The position numbers were made by a program, and so were the translations under genes. Positions 1 through 11,400 of a stretch of DNA of 64,000 nucleotides are shown here, piece after piece; within the stretch, counting starts at the first letter, position 1; each line of letters starts with the position of its first letter. The notes below the pieces were generated by a model, which saw nothing but the letters and a program-made list of their open reading frames with translations, did no database searches and had not been told where the DNA came from. Where the stretch lies: contig OZ246423.1 of assembly GCA_965231215.1 (NCBI GenBank), positions 64,001 through 128,000 on the forward strand, written 5' to 3'. The DNA is from Candidatus Altimarinota bacterium (lineage in GTDB: Bacteria > Patescibacteriota > Gracilibacteria > UBA4473).

Positions 1-317
1 ATCAGATTTACTCCAAATTTATCCAACTCTACCGCCAAATTTTGCGCAATTTGCCCTCCCGTAGAAAAAATTACTCCATCCGGTTGTTCTTTATTATATA
101 CGTCTAACACCCGTTCAAGAGTGAGTTCCTCAAAGTACAACCTATCGCATTCATCAAAATCAGTAGAGACGGTCTCTGGATTAGAATTAATAAAAATTGT
201 TTCGTGCCCTAAACGTTTCAGTGTACGCAAAACCTGCACTCCACACCAATCAAATTCGACAGAACTACCAATACAATACGGGCCAGAACCAAGGATGAGA
301 ATCTTTTTTTTCTTCAT
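1..317 (-). CDS. carB: Carbamoyl-phosphate synthase large subunit, gene starting at the second (C-terminal) half; runs off the window
   Basis: Manual translation from ATG at 317: [27 protein letters not shown]...[23 protein letters not shown]...GGQIAQNL, matching the start of the second CarB half; in-frame TAA at 330-332 just upstream. Confidence 0.85.
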   Translation of the reverse strand, partial: MKKKKILILGSGPYCIGSSVEFDWCGVQVLRTLKRLGHETIFINSNPETVSTDFDECDRLYFEELTLERVLDVYNKEQPDGVIFSTGGQIAQNLAVELDKFGVNL

Positions 318-604
318 TTTTTCGACTTGTTAAGTGTTTCAGTGTTAAAATCAGAGTATACTTTTCCTTCTGGCTCCACTGCCAATTGCCCAAAAAGCAA
401 TTCGCTGGATTTTTTTTGTATTTCTAAAAAATATTTTTGACCAACTACCTCCTTTTTAACTATGAATCTTTTTATATCAACCACTTTTATCTGACCTAAA
501 ATTACTGGATTTTTTGAATTCATTGGATTCCTAATCTTTTCATTTTTTACAATTTTCTCCTTTAATTCATTCCATTGATCCAAAAGTTTAGTAACAAAGT
601 CCAT
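314..604 (-). CDS. Hypothetical protein
   Basis: 96-aa ORF with ATGA overlap to the carB-like gene; no recognisable motif. Confidence 0.55.
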   Translation of the reverse strand: MDFVTKLLDQWNELKEKIVKNEKIRNPMNSKNPVILGQIKVVDIKRFIVKKEVVGQKYFLEIQKKSSELLFGQLAVEPEGKVYSDFNTETLNKSKK

Positions 605-673
605 TTCCAGAAGATTTTACAAAAAAAATTTTTGGAGTGAAAATGATTTTTAGCAAAAATTATTTAGAGCTCA

Positions 674-1105
674 TTATTCAAACAACGCCAAAGATTCATA
701 AGGATCGTTTTTCAAAGATTCTAAACGAGATTGTAAATTCCCTACATGTAACTCAAGTTTATGCCCATCAGGATCTAAAAAATAAAATGAATCACCTTCA
801 CTTCTATTCTTTTTAAATTCAGTAACTCTAGCCGTTCTTAGTCTTTTAACTATAATTGGAAAATTTTCAGGAGAAACGGTAAATGCATAATGCGTGTAGC
901 TACCTCTTTCTTCTAAATTAAGTGTATTATTGTCCAAACTCAGACAAACCCAGAGCCCTCCTAACTCTAAATAAGCTCCACTTTCCCAACGAGCTTTTAA
1001 TTGTGCGTTGAGCAAGTCTTCATAAAAATTCACAGATTTATCTACGTCACTAACCGCTAAGGTTAAATGATTAAAGCCTTCAATCAATGATGATTTTATT
1101 TCCAT
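674..1105 (-). CDS. fosA: FosA-family fosfomycin resistance thiol transferase (VOC fold)
   Basis: NHLTLAVSD, GAYLELGGLWVCLS, YTHYAF, NRSEGDSFYFLDPDGHKLELHVGNLQSRL motifs. Confidence 0.85.
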   Translation of the reverse strand: MEIKSSLIEGFNHLTLAVSDVDKSVNFYEDLLNAQLKARWESGAYLELGGLWVCLSLDNNTLNLEERGSYTHYAFTVSPENFPIIVKRLRTARVTEFKKNRSEGDSFYFLDPDGHKLELHVGNLQSRLESLKNDPYESLALFE

Positions 1106-1352
1106 AATGTAGAATAATTCTCCCCATCTAAAACGATTCCGTCAAAAAAATACTGAGATTCCGTATAAATTTTGAAATGAACTAAAGACGGGAAAAAACC
1201 AAGATCCCACTCCGAGTTATCAATCTAAAATTTAAACTTGAAGATTTCAAGTTTGCAAAATTTGGAAATCAAAGTTATTTTTTTAGAAATTGTTTCATAG
1301 AGGGTTTTTTTTGGGTTCGTTTTTTGATCACATAAAAAATGAACACACACAT

Positions 1353-2138
1353 ATGAATTTTGAAAAAATTACTTCAGCCCAAAACCCCAAAATCAAACAC
1401 GTAAAGCGTTTAAGCCACTCTGTAAAGGACCGCAAGAAGGAAGGCCAAACTATTTTAGATGGATTTCACCTTATACAAGAAGCGTGTCAAAAAGGGTTTG
1501 AAGACCAAATTGAATTTATGGTGATTACTGAAAAATTCAAAGGGGCTTTAGAATTCAAATCTTTAACACCAGTCCAACCGGTATTAGAAATCCCAGAAAG
1601 TCTAATGACGACCATTGCCCCTACTAAATCCCCTAGTGGAATCTTAGCCGTCTTTAATATTCCCAAAACCCCTCCTATACAAACCCCCAAAGCCATTGTG
1701 TGTATAGACCAAATACAAGATCCAGGGAATCTGGGTACTATCTTGAGAAGTTGTACTGCCACTGGCGTTGTGAATGTTTATTGTAGCCCAGGCACTGTAG
1801 AGGTGTGGTCTCCAAAAGTATTACGAGCTGCTATGGGCGCTCATTTTTATGTTCATATCCAAGAAAATTCAAACCTATCAGAGGCGCTTAGAGACTTTAA
1901 AGGAAATATCTATGGCACCTTTATGAACGGAAATACGAACCTCTTTAATACCCCATTTGAAATCCCTTCAGCTTTTGTCCTAGGCAACGAAGGCCAAGGT
2001 ATTTCTAAGGAAGTTGAAGCCGTTTGCACTCATAAACTTTCAATCCCTATGCACAATAATTTTGAAAGTCTCAATGTAGCTACTTCTGCTACGGTGTGTC
2101 TGTATGAGTTTTACCGACAAACCGGTCAAGTCGATTAA
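1353..2138 (+). CDS. TrmH/SpoU-family RNA methyltransferase
   Basis: ITSAQNPKIK, IQDPGNLGTILRS, VLGNEGQG, ESLNVATS; start placed at MNFEK. Confidence 0.9.
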   Translation: MNFEKITSAQNPKIKHVKRLSHSVKDRKKEGQTILDGFHLIQEACQKGFEDQIEFMVITEKFKGALEFKSLTPVQPVLEIPESLMTTIAPTKSPSGILAVFNIPKTPPIQTPKAIVCIDQIQDPGNLGTILRSCTATGVVNVYCSPGTVEVWSPKVLRAAMGAHFYVHIQENSNLSEALRDFKGNIYGTFMNGNTNLFNTPFEIPSAFVLGNEGQGISKEVEAVCTHKLSIPMHNNFESLNVATSATVCLYEFYRQTGQVD

Positions 2139-3027
2139 TTTTATACATTTCACAAAAACTTTTCACTTTCTCGCTGTATGGAGCTTTAAAGCTCAGCGTG
2201 TTTTTTGAACCTACAAAAATTTTCCCCATAATCAAAAAATGTAATCGCTCCCCTATGATGTACTCTGCATTTTGAAAAGCTGAGATACATTCCTTTTTGT
2301 TTTTAGGGGTCCAGACCTTTCCTGGGAAATTTTTAGGAACAAAGTTTTTATCCCCTGGCTGAAACGGTACATACACAAATTCATAGCCTTTTAAATTATT
2401 CAAAGCCAAATTCCAAATAGCTGCATCAATATCAGAAAGCGCGTTAAACAAGACTACTTTTTGTACCTTTGGTGGAAATTTTTGGGATTTATCTAGGGAA
2501 ACTAAAACACGATCTTGGGTAACCTCAAAATTCCTGATTCCCCATTCACGCAAAGCCAAAGCTGACCGGTCATCCCGAACCGAGATATAATCAACTCGTG
2601 AAAACACATACTTCGCACACCACTTAGACGCCCATCCAAGATGAGAATCTACCCCTTGATACTCCATTAGGATGGGGGCTTTCGGGCACAAATACTGACA
2701 CCACCTAAAGACCACATACCACAAAAAACACGCTCTGAATTTAATGGCAAAAAGCCCCCCCCCTACAAACACAATTTTATCCACTCTTTCTCTCAGTGAG
2801 TAAATCTGCTTTCGGTAATTTTTATCCCTCAAAAACTTCCAAAAACTTCTCACCGCTGTTGGCGGCATTAAAGAGGTCTGAAATCTCCCCTCACAAAAAG
2901 TTCTAGACCCCTCAGGGTTAGTGGTCATCACGATAGGATCATTATAGCTCTCCAGCGCTGAAGCAAGAATCATCTCATCCCCAATATTGCCCGCTCCAAA
3001 GTTTCCTATCAGTAGTGTTTTTGGCAT
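2089..3027 (-). CDS. Polysaccharide pyruvyl transferase (CsaB-like)
   Basis: GNFGAGNIGDE, VGGGLF, ISVRDDRS, GERLH motifs. Confidence 0.8.
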   Translation of the reverse strand: MPKTLLIGNFGAGNIGDEMILASALESYNDPIVMTTNPEGSRTFCEGRFQTSLMPPTAVRSFWKFLRDKNYRKQIYSLRERVDKIVFVGGGLFAIKFRACFLWYVVFRWCQYLCPKAPILMEYQGVDSHLGWASKWCAKYVFSRVDYISVRDDRSALALREWGIRNFEVTQDRVLVSLDKSQKFPPKVQKVVLFNALSDIDAAIWNLALNNLKGYEFVYVPFQPGDKNFVPKNFPGKVWTPKNKKECISAFQNAEYIIGERLHFLIMGKIFVGSKNTLSFKAPYSEKVKSFCEMYKINRLDRFVGKTHTDTP

Positions 3028-3207
3028 TGATACAATTTTCTATACAAATAATAAATTTTGCAACCCTAAAGGATTGATCCATCTATTTTCTAAAGATTGT
3101 ATAAGCTTTGTTTCAAAATTCTGAAAACACACACAACATTTAAAACTTAATAAAATTTCAACTTTAAAAGAGTTTAGGTTAAAATAACATTAAATTTTTT
3201 TTATTTT

Positions 3208-3459
3208 GTGCCAAATCCTATGCAAAAATTACATCGGTCAGCTCACAAAAAAAATAACAAAAAACAAAATCCTTTTTATCTAGATCCCAATGCACAAGCC
3301 GTAATCACAGCGTGCGAAAGTCTCGGTCTAGATCCCTACAATATTGAAGTGTCAAAAAAAGATCAGAACGTTCAACAAATCTGTCACAAAGCACTAGAGA
3401 ACATTGGCGTTATGCCTGACTCTACAATCCAAATCCTAGAACGACTAAAAAAAGCATAA
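3208..3459 (+). CDS. Hypothetical protein
   Basis: 83-aa ORF directly upstream of the next ORF. Confidence 0.4.
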   Translation: MPNPMQKLHRSAHKKNNKKQNPFYLDPNAQAVITACESLGLDPYNIEVSKKDQNVQQICHKALENIGVMPDSTIQILERLKKA

Positions 3460-3460
3460 A

Positions 3461-3925
3461 TTGACAAAACAAAGAAAAAATAATAAAAAGATAAAGATGA
3501 GATTTATTTATTATATGGAAAACACTGGCGGCGGGTTTAATAGTGGTGGAGACCACCGCTCTCCTAAAGATATACCCGATTATATAGGTATGGGAGAAAG
3601 CCATTTTAAAAAAATATCAGAAGACAATGCTCGTTTAATAAAAGAGGTTTTAGAAGACAAGATTGCAAAAAATTTTCCTGAAACCTTATCCAGAATTACA
3701 CCTTTAGAATCAACTATAAACAGGCTTATCCATGAAGCCTTAGGGGGCCCCAAAAGTTTAACTGAATCTATACGCGATCAAATTCAAAAAACTATTCGGA
3801 CACCAGAACATAATATTGAAAAGATTATATCAGACGCTAAAAAAACTACAGGCATGGCAAGCCATTTTGTAGCCTATATGGTGGCGTATTTTTTACATGA
3901 AATGTCCAAAACTAAAAAATCCTAA
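3461..3925 (+). CDS. Hypothetical protein carrying an RFIY N-terminal motif
   Basis: ORF track; KIKMRFIYY resembles the effector-family N-terminal motif; start uncertain. Confidence 0.5.
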   Translation: MTKQRKNNKKIKMRFIYYMENTGGGFNSGGDHRSPKDIPDYIGMGESHFKKISEDNARLIKEVLEDKIAKNFPETLSRITPLESTINRLIHEALGGPKSLTESIRDQIQKTIRTPEHNIEKIISDAKKTTGMASHFVAYMVAYFLHEMSKTKKS

Positions 3926-4896
3926 TACAAATAATCCCGCTTGTTTTGGTTATGTTCTTCTAAAGTTCTACCAAAGTGAATCTGTCCAGTAGGATCATGC
4001 AGGTAATAATAGAACTCGGTATCTACCGGGTAAGTAGCAGCTTTTAGAGATTCTAGTCCAGGATTAGAAATGGCGGTTGGCGGCAACCCTAATTTTCGAC
4101 GAGTATTATAGGGTGAATCTGTTTCAAAATCAGCTGCATAAAGGGGACCTTTCCAGTCATTTTTTTCATATCGAGTGGTCGCATCTATACCTAAAGGAAT
4201 GCCTTCATCCAGGCGTTTCCAGATAACCCCAGAAATTTTTTGTTTTTCTTCATAACTATCCCCAAAAGCTTCACGCTCAATCATAGAAGCCACTATCACT
4301 ACGGCCTCTAGACTTCTACCATTTTTATTAATATCAGCTTTAAGCGCGGCTATTTTTTGCTGAAACGTTTTATAGAGTTGGGCAATAAAACGTTTAGAGG
4401 TAAACCCCTCATACGCAACAAAATAGGTAGAAGGAAACAAATATCCCTCCAAAGTAGGAATTCTGAATCCTAAATCACACTGGTTTACACATGCGTTAAA
4501 GGCCCCTACTTCAGTTAACCCTTTTTTGGCTAGAAGGGAGTCAATCTGATCTACCGTATAGCCTTCTGGAATAGTAATTTTGATTTCGGCAGAGCGCCCA
4601 TTTTGTAATACTTCAACTAACTCAGAAAAAGTAAGGTTTTTTTGCAGAATATATTCTCCTGCCTGAAGTTTATTCCCCAGCCCTTGATAGGTCACAAACC
4701 AACGAAAAACCAAAGGATCGGCAATAAGTTCTTTGTCTTCTAATATTTGGACAATACGCTTCAGGCTACTGCCTGGTTTGATTTCAACTGGCACACGAGC
4801 GGTAGAATCAGAATTGGGTCTATCCCAGTGATATAAAACTCTACCACCAAAGTAGAGACAAGCCAGCAATAAAACAAAAACTAAATACTTTTTCAT
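3922..4896 (-). CDS. mltG: Endolytic transglycosylase MltG
   Basis: N-terminal TM, TIPEG, LEGYLFPSTY, ASMIERE, SPYNT, GLPPTAISNPG. Confidence 0.93.
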   Translation of the reverse strand: MKKYLVFVLLLACLYFGGRVLYHWDRPNSDSTARVPVEIKPGSSLKRIVQILEDKELIADPLVFRWFVTYQGLGNKLQAGEYILQKNLTFSELVEVLQNGRSAEIKITIPEGYTVDQIDSLLAKKGLTEVGAFNACVNQCDLGFRIPTLEGYLFPSTYFVAYEGFTSKRFIAQLYKTFQQKIAALKADINKNGRSLEAVVIVASMIEREAFGDSYEEKQKISGVIWKRLDEGIPLGIDATTRYEKNDWKGPLYAADFETDSPYNTRRKLGLPPTAISNPGLESLKAATYPVDTEFYYYLHDPTGQIHFGRTLEEHNQNKRDYLY

Positions 4897-5039
4897 TGAT
4901 TGTTGTGAGACAAAAATTTCTTACAAATTATTTTGGACGAGGCCGTAAGAAAAAATTTTAATGAGCAATAATAGTATTACCTATTGTGAATGAATTTTTT
5001 TGAGAATAACAAAGCCCAAGATTATTTGCAGGAATTTTA

Positions 5040-5327
5040 CTACATTCCCATACCTCCCATAATGTGTTTCATCTTTTCAGCCGCTACTTGTTGCGCTTTT
5101 TTGAAGGCTTTATTACAAGCTTCCATAAAAGATTTTTCAAGTTTTCGCGGATCAGACAAGATAGCCTCATCTAGGATTTCTACTTTTACAATTTCTTGCT
5201 CTCCCGTAACGGTTACTTTTACACCGCTAGCCTCAGAAAAGATGTGAGTATTAGCGAGCTCTTTTTTAATTTTTTTAGCTTCTTTTTGGAGCTTGTACAT
5301 GTCTCCCATTTGTCCGAACATTCCCAT
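5040..5327 (-). CDS. YbaB/EbfC nucleoid-associated protein
   Basis: GVKVTVTGEQEIVKVEI, ACNKAFKKAQ; 95 aa. Confidence 0.85.
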   Translation of the reverse strand: MGMFGQMGDMYKLQKEAKKIKKELANTHIFSEASGVKVTVTGEQEIVKVEILDEAILSDPRKLEKSFMEACNKAFKKAQQVAAEKMKHIMGGMGM

Positions 5328-5403
5328 GATTTTTGTAGGTTAGATTTTAAACAATTCGCCCTCATAGTAATCCCCTCTTTTTTTTTGTAAAATTTTGTGA
5401 TGA

Positions 5404-7374
<1,971 letters not shown>

Positions 7375-7375
7375 A

Positions 7376-7530
7376 AAGCACGGGTTGAAACCTAAGGTTT
7401 CCCCCGTGAGCCCCCTTCCTGAAAATATATTATTTAATTAATGAGTGAGTTTAAGGTCTCGTGGTTTCCTTAAACGAACGAATACAAATTTCAGGGGGAT
7501 AACATAAGGGGGAGCATCCCCCTTATGACA
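7376..7530. repeat. Structured intergenic repeat family B, copy 1
   Basis: AGGTCTCGTGGTTT at 7454-7467 in a stem-loop, followed by hairpin 7503-7527; related copies at about 14220-14308 and 45255-45343. Confidence 0.65.
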
Positions 7531-8394
7531 CTAATCTACATCAAATATCTGCCTCAATACTCCATCCACTATTTTATATTGGAAGCGTTTGTTTTTACTC
7601 TCAAAGTCTCTTTTTACAAAAGAAATCATAGTCTGATCAGCTATATAACGGATTCTTAAATTTTCTTCAAAAACTCCACGAAGTGCAGGATCAAACTGGT
7701 ATTTAATATTTTTCTCTTCACAAAAAGAGATCATATTAAGCGTATGTTCATAGGCATCACACTGAATCATACAGTTTACTTTGTGCTTCTTACAGGCTGC
7801 ATCTAGCCGATCTAACTTTCCAAGGATAGTAGAACCCTTTATAGTTTTATGCAGCCCATAGGGATCAATTACTCCTACGATATGATGAGGCGCATAAGGA
7901 TTTTTATCTATAGCTTCTATGAGTTTTGCAGCTACTGGGTTAGCTCCGATAATAAGCGTTTGATAGAGAAACAAATTTCGAGACTTTTGCCACATTAATA
8001 AAAATCGGAAAACCCACTGACTTATTAGTAGAAAGCTTACCCCAAAGACAATAATATAAATATTAATCAGACGAGAAAAAAACAGTTCCTGATTAAAGAA
8101 ATAGATAATCACCAAAAAACTACTGGCAATAATTCCTCCACACAAAATTAAAGCCAGATCAAAAAACACTCGTTTCCCAGACCTTGGGGGGATTCTGTAG
8201 TATTTTGCAAATCCAAGAAACCCGATCCAAGTAAGGGTAGCTAAAATACTAGCATAAGCATAAGGGGTAAAATCAAAGTCCGTTGAAAATATCCACCCTA
8301 CTCTCACAAAATAGGCCAAAAAGAATGCCCCCAAAACCCCTAATATATCTATCAGAATATGTAGTGTTCGCAAAATTATCCAGTGTTTAAGCAT
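7531..8394 (-). CDS. Membrane protein resembling the N-terminal TM plus Rossmann region of polyprenyl-phosphate sugar-phosphotransferases, without the catalytic domain
   Basis: About 4 TM helices, TLIIGAN, IVGVID, ILGKLDRL; ends where the catalytic domain would begin. Confidence 0.65.
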   Translation of the reverse strand: MLKHWIILRTLHILIDILGVLGAFFLAYFVRVGWIFSTDFDFTPYAYASILATLTWIGFLGFAKYYRIPPRSGKRVFFDLALILCGGIIASSFLVIIYFFNQELFFSRLINIYIIVFGVSFLLISQWVFRFLLMWQKSRNLFLYQTLIIGANPVAAKLIEAIDKNPYAPHHIVGVIDPYGLHKTIKGSTILGKLDRLDAACKKHKVNCMIQCDAYEHTLNMISFCEEKNIKYQFDPALRGVFEENLRIRYIADQTMISFVKRDFESKNKRFQYKIVDGVLRQIFDVD

Positions 8395-8422
8395 AAGCGA
8401 TCTTATTGTACTAAAGATAAAA

Positions 8423-8455
8423 AAAAACTCGAGACTGAAATTGCCTCGAGTTTTT
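8423..8455. terminator. Intrinsic terminator downstream of the Hint gene
   Basis: AAAAACTCGAG...CTCGAGTTTTT inverted repeat. Confidence 0.7.
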
Positions 8456-8476
8456 GTTTAAAACTTTTTAAAGCGT

Positions 8477-11400
8477 TTATTTTGGTGCAGCAGCACCATC
8501 ATTTCCATCATTTCCATCTCCATCATTTCCATCTTTATTATGAACTAGCACTCCATCAGCATAAAAAGTATGGTATTGAGACACTTTACTAAGATTATAC
8601 GTTTGAACTTCACCTTCAACGTAGTCAACAGATTTGAGTTCTACCGATCCTTCTAAGAGTTGAATTACATCCCCAATCTCTAGCATAGCCACGCCGAGTT
8701 GATGATCTTCCTCTGTTTTTTGTGGATCAAGCGAAGCCCAAGTCTGAGTCCCATCTGCCTTAGTTACGTATACTGGATGCTCTGAAGTAACTCGTAAAAG
8801 ATCATTGTTGAATTTGTAGTATCCTTCCCTTACTGGTGTTTCAAGTTTCAAGACTTGTGCCATAACAGTTTCACCATTTTTTTCGTTATAAGCCAGAACT
8901 TCATCTCCCAATATTATGTCTTCAATCTTTTTAATACTCTGGTCTGCCATCGTAATTTTGGTTCCAGCGGGAAAACAACAAGGTTCAGGTTTTGGACGTT
9001 TACGTGGTGTACACGGTTCACGAGTATCCTCTGCAGGTCCAAGAGGCTTTCCATTTTTGAACTTTCTTTCCCACCAAGTTTTTGTTCGTCTACTACAAAA
9101 CCTTGCATATTTAATTTTATCATCTTTTTTTTCTTTAGGCTTACTAGGCTTACTAGTTTTCTTGGGACATTCGACACCAGTACTAATCCATTTCCCCCAT
9201 GATCCCCAAGTACCTTTGCGAGTTTTACAACGAGTTCTTTTGCACCAGAAACCATTTCTACAAACTCGTTGTGTTTGACAAACTCGACCTTTTCTCCGAA
9301 CTTCTTTAGTTTTTGGTTTTTTAGAAGTTTTTGGTTTTTTAGAAACTCTTTTAACGACTTCTACTCTTGATTTTTTAGAAACTCTTTTAACGACTCTTGG
9401 TTTTCTGGGTTTTACTGGTTTTGGACTAGAGTATGGCGCTCCGTATTTTTCAAGGGGGATAACAATAAGGTTTCCTTCACATCCATTATCCATTTGAGCA
9501 ACCAACATAGTCACTCCATTTCTTCGTGAAATAGTCACGTTTTTAAGGGTAAAGTCTCCAGCTGTTTCCAAACTCATATCATTCCATCTATCTCCTTTCC
9601 CCGTTAAAACATGAAGCCGTTTTCCAGCAATACTACCGTATTCTTTTCCCCCGATCGTAATTGCACCATTTTTAAGCCATTCTCCAACACTTGCTGTCGT
9701 TCCTCGGTTCATATCTCTTTCTAGACCAGCTTTAGAGTTCGGGCCTTGTAGCGATTGAGCGGCTCCAAGAAGCCCTCGTTCAACAAAGTAACTTCTGGTA
9801 TCTCTTCCTTTGGCTTGAGCAATAGCTTTCTTAACCACTACATTATTGTTTAATTGTTCCATTATTTTTACCATGAGCGCTTGAGCTTCTGGCGTAGCCC
9901 CTATTCCCATTTTTTCTACTCGATATACAAGATATTGAGCGACTCGATTACGCCCATCAAGGCCACCAGCTTGATCAAGTCTTGTCATAGCTGCTAGACC
10001 ATCAATGTCTTTAACTCCTGCGGTCGTAATAAGGCTATCAATTTTAGCTTTAGTAGCCGCTGGAATATTTTCACTACTTCGGGCAATAACCACTTCTGTT
10101 TCATATTTTTCTAGAATTTTGGCTAATCTTCCATCTTTTCCAGCGGTCTTGATAGCCTCACGAGTTTTCGGCCCAATTTTGGCGTCTACACCTCCCGTAT
10201 CAAGACCTTCTTTATTAAGTTCTTTTTGTACAAATTTAATAAATTCTGTACGTTTTGGTCCTCGCATAAGACTGACCCTGCTTTTAAAATCAGCAAGCGT
10301 TACATCTCCGTATTCAATTTTTTCAGTGGTTGGAGCGACCGTATCTACTTGATCTTTAGTCGTAGGAGTAGTAGTATCTACTGGATTGACTTTAGTAGTG
10401 TCATTTCCAAGTTTCTCAGTAATCCTTTGGATAGCGGCTTCTACAGCTGCACGGGTTTTTTTGCCAACTTTACCATCGATATCATCGGCCTCATTCCCAG
10501 AATCACTTAGTTTAAATCCTTGTTCTCGGAGCCATCTTTGAGCTTCTTTCACAGAACCTTCTGTTGGAAGCTCTTTAATGCCTTTTAGTTCTTCTAGTTT
10601 TTCTTTTAGTTTTTCTTTTGGAGTATTCTTGAGATATTCATCAAAATTCCCTCCTGTACTTACTACTTCAGAAGCCACTGCACCAGAACCTTCTAAGGTT
10701 TTAATAGCGGCTTCAAGTTGAGTAATCCATTCAAAGTTATAATACTCTACTTCAGGGAAATCTTTTTGTTTATCAGCGCTTAGACTATTATATCCCTCTT
10801 GATAAGCTTCAAGAGCTGCTTTAAGTTCCGCTACATCGGCACTTACTACCTTAACATTTTCTTCGTTAATTATATTTTGAATAACCACACGCTTCTTTGC
10901 GTCTACTCTTGTATATTTTTTCAAAAGTTCTTGTGAGAGGTCAATAAGTTTATTCTCAATATTTTTAATATTTTTAACATTTTTTATAATTTCATCCGAT
11001 TCATAGGCATCAATTTTTTCTTTTAGTGGTAGCAGTTCCGTTAGTACAGAAAAAGAATCAAGCTGAGAATCCTTAAATTCTCCATTAGCCAAATTAAAAG
11101 CCACAATCGCATTATAAGCCTCTTGATAAAGAAACTTAGCTGTTTTAATATTGTCTTTATGAATTTTTTCCAAAAATTTATCTTGAGTAGCTTTTATTTG
11201 TTTTTCAGCCTCTCCTCTCAAGGTTTGAAGTTCTTCAAGCTTTTCTTTTGGAATTTCTGATCTATCTCTACTATCACTCGGAGTTGCCTCTTTAAATTCT
11301 GATGCCTTGGCAGAGATAGAAAAAATACTTTTTCTCTCTTCTGCAAACTTAGCTTCTTCGTGAAGTTTTTCAGTTTCTAGTTGTAGAAAGGTCTGTAGTT

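Noticed and set aside
8495-8535. CCATCATTT tandem repeat as a CRISPR or separate His-rich ORF (8383-8592 +)
   Set aside because: It is the antisense of the GND-repeat tail of the Hint protein and has no spacers
8537-8977. Selfish intein or homing element
   Set aside because: No endonuclease domain, +1 residue is Lys, and the host is not a conserved enzyme
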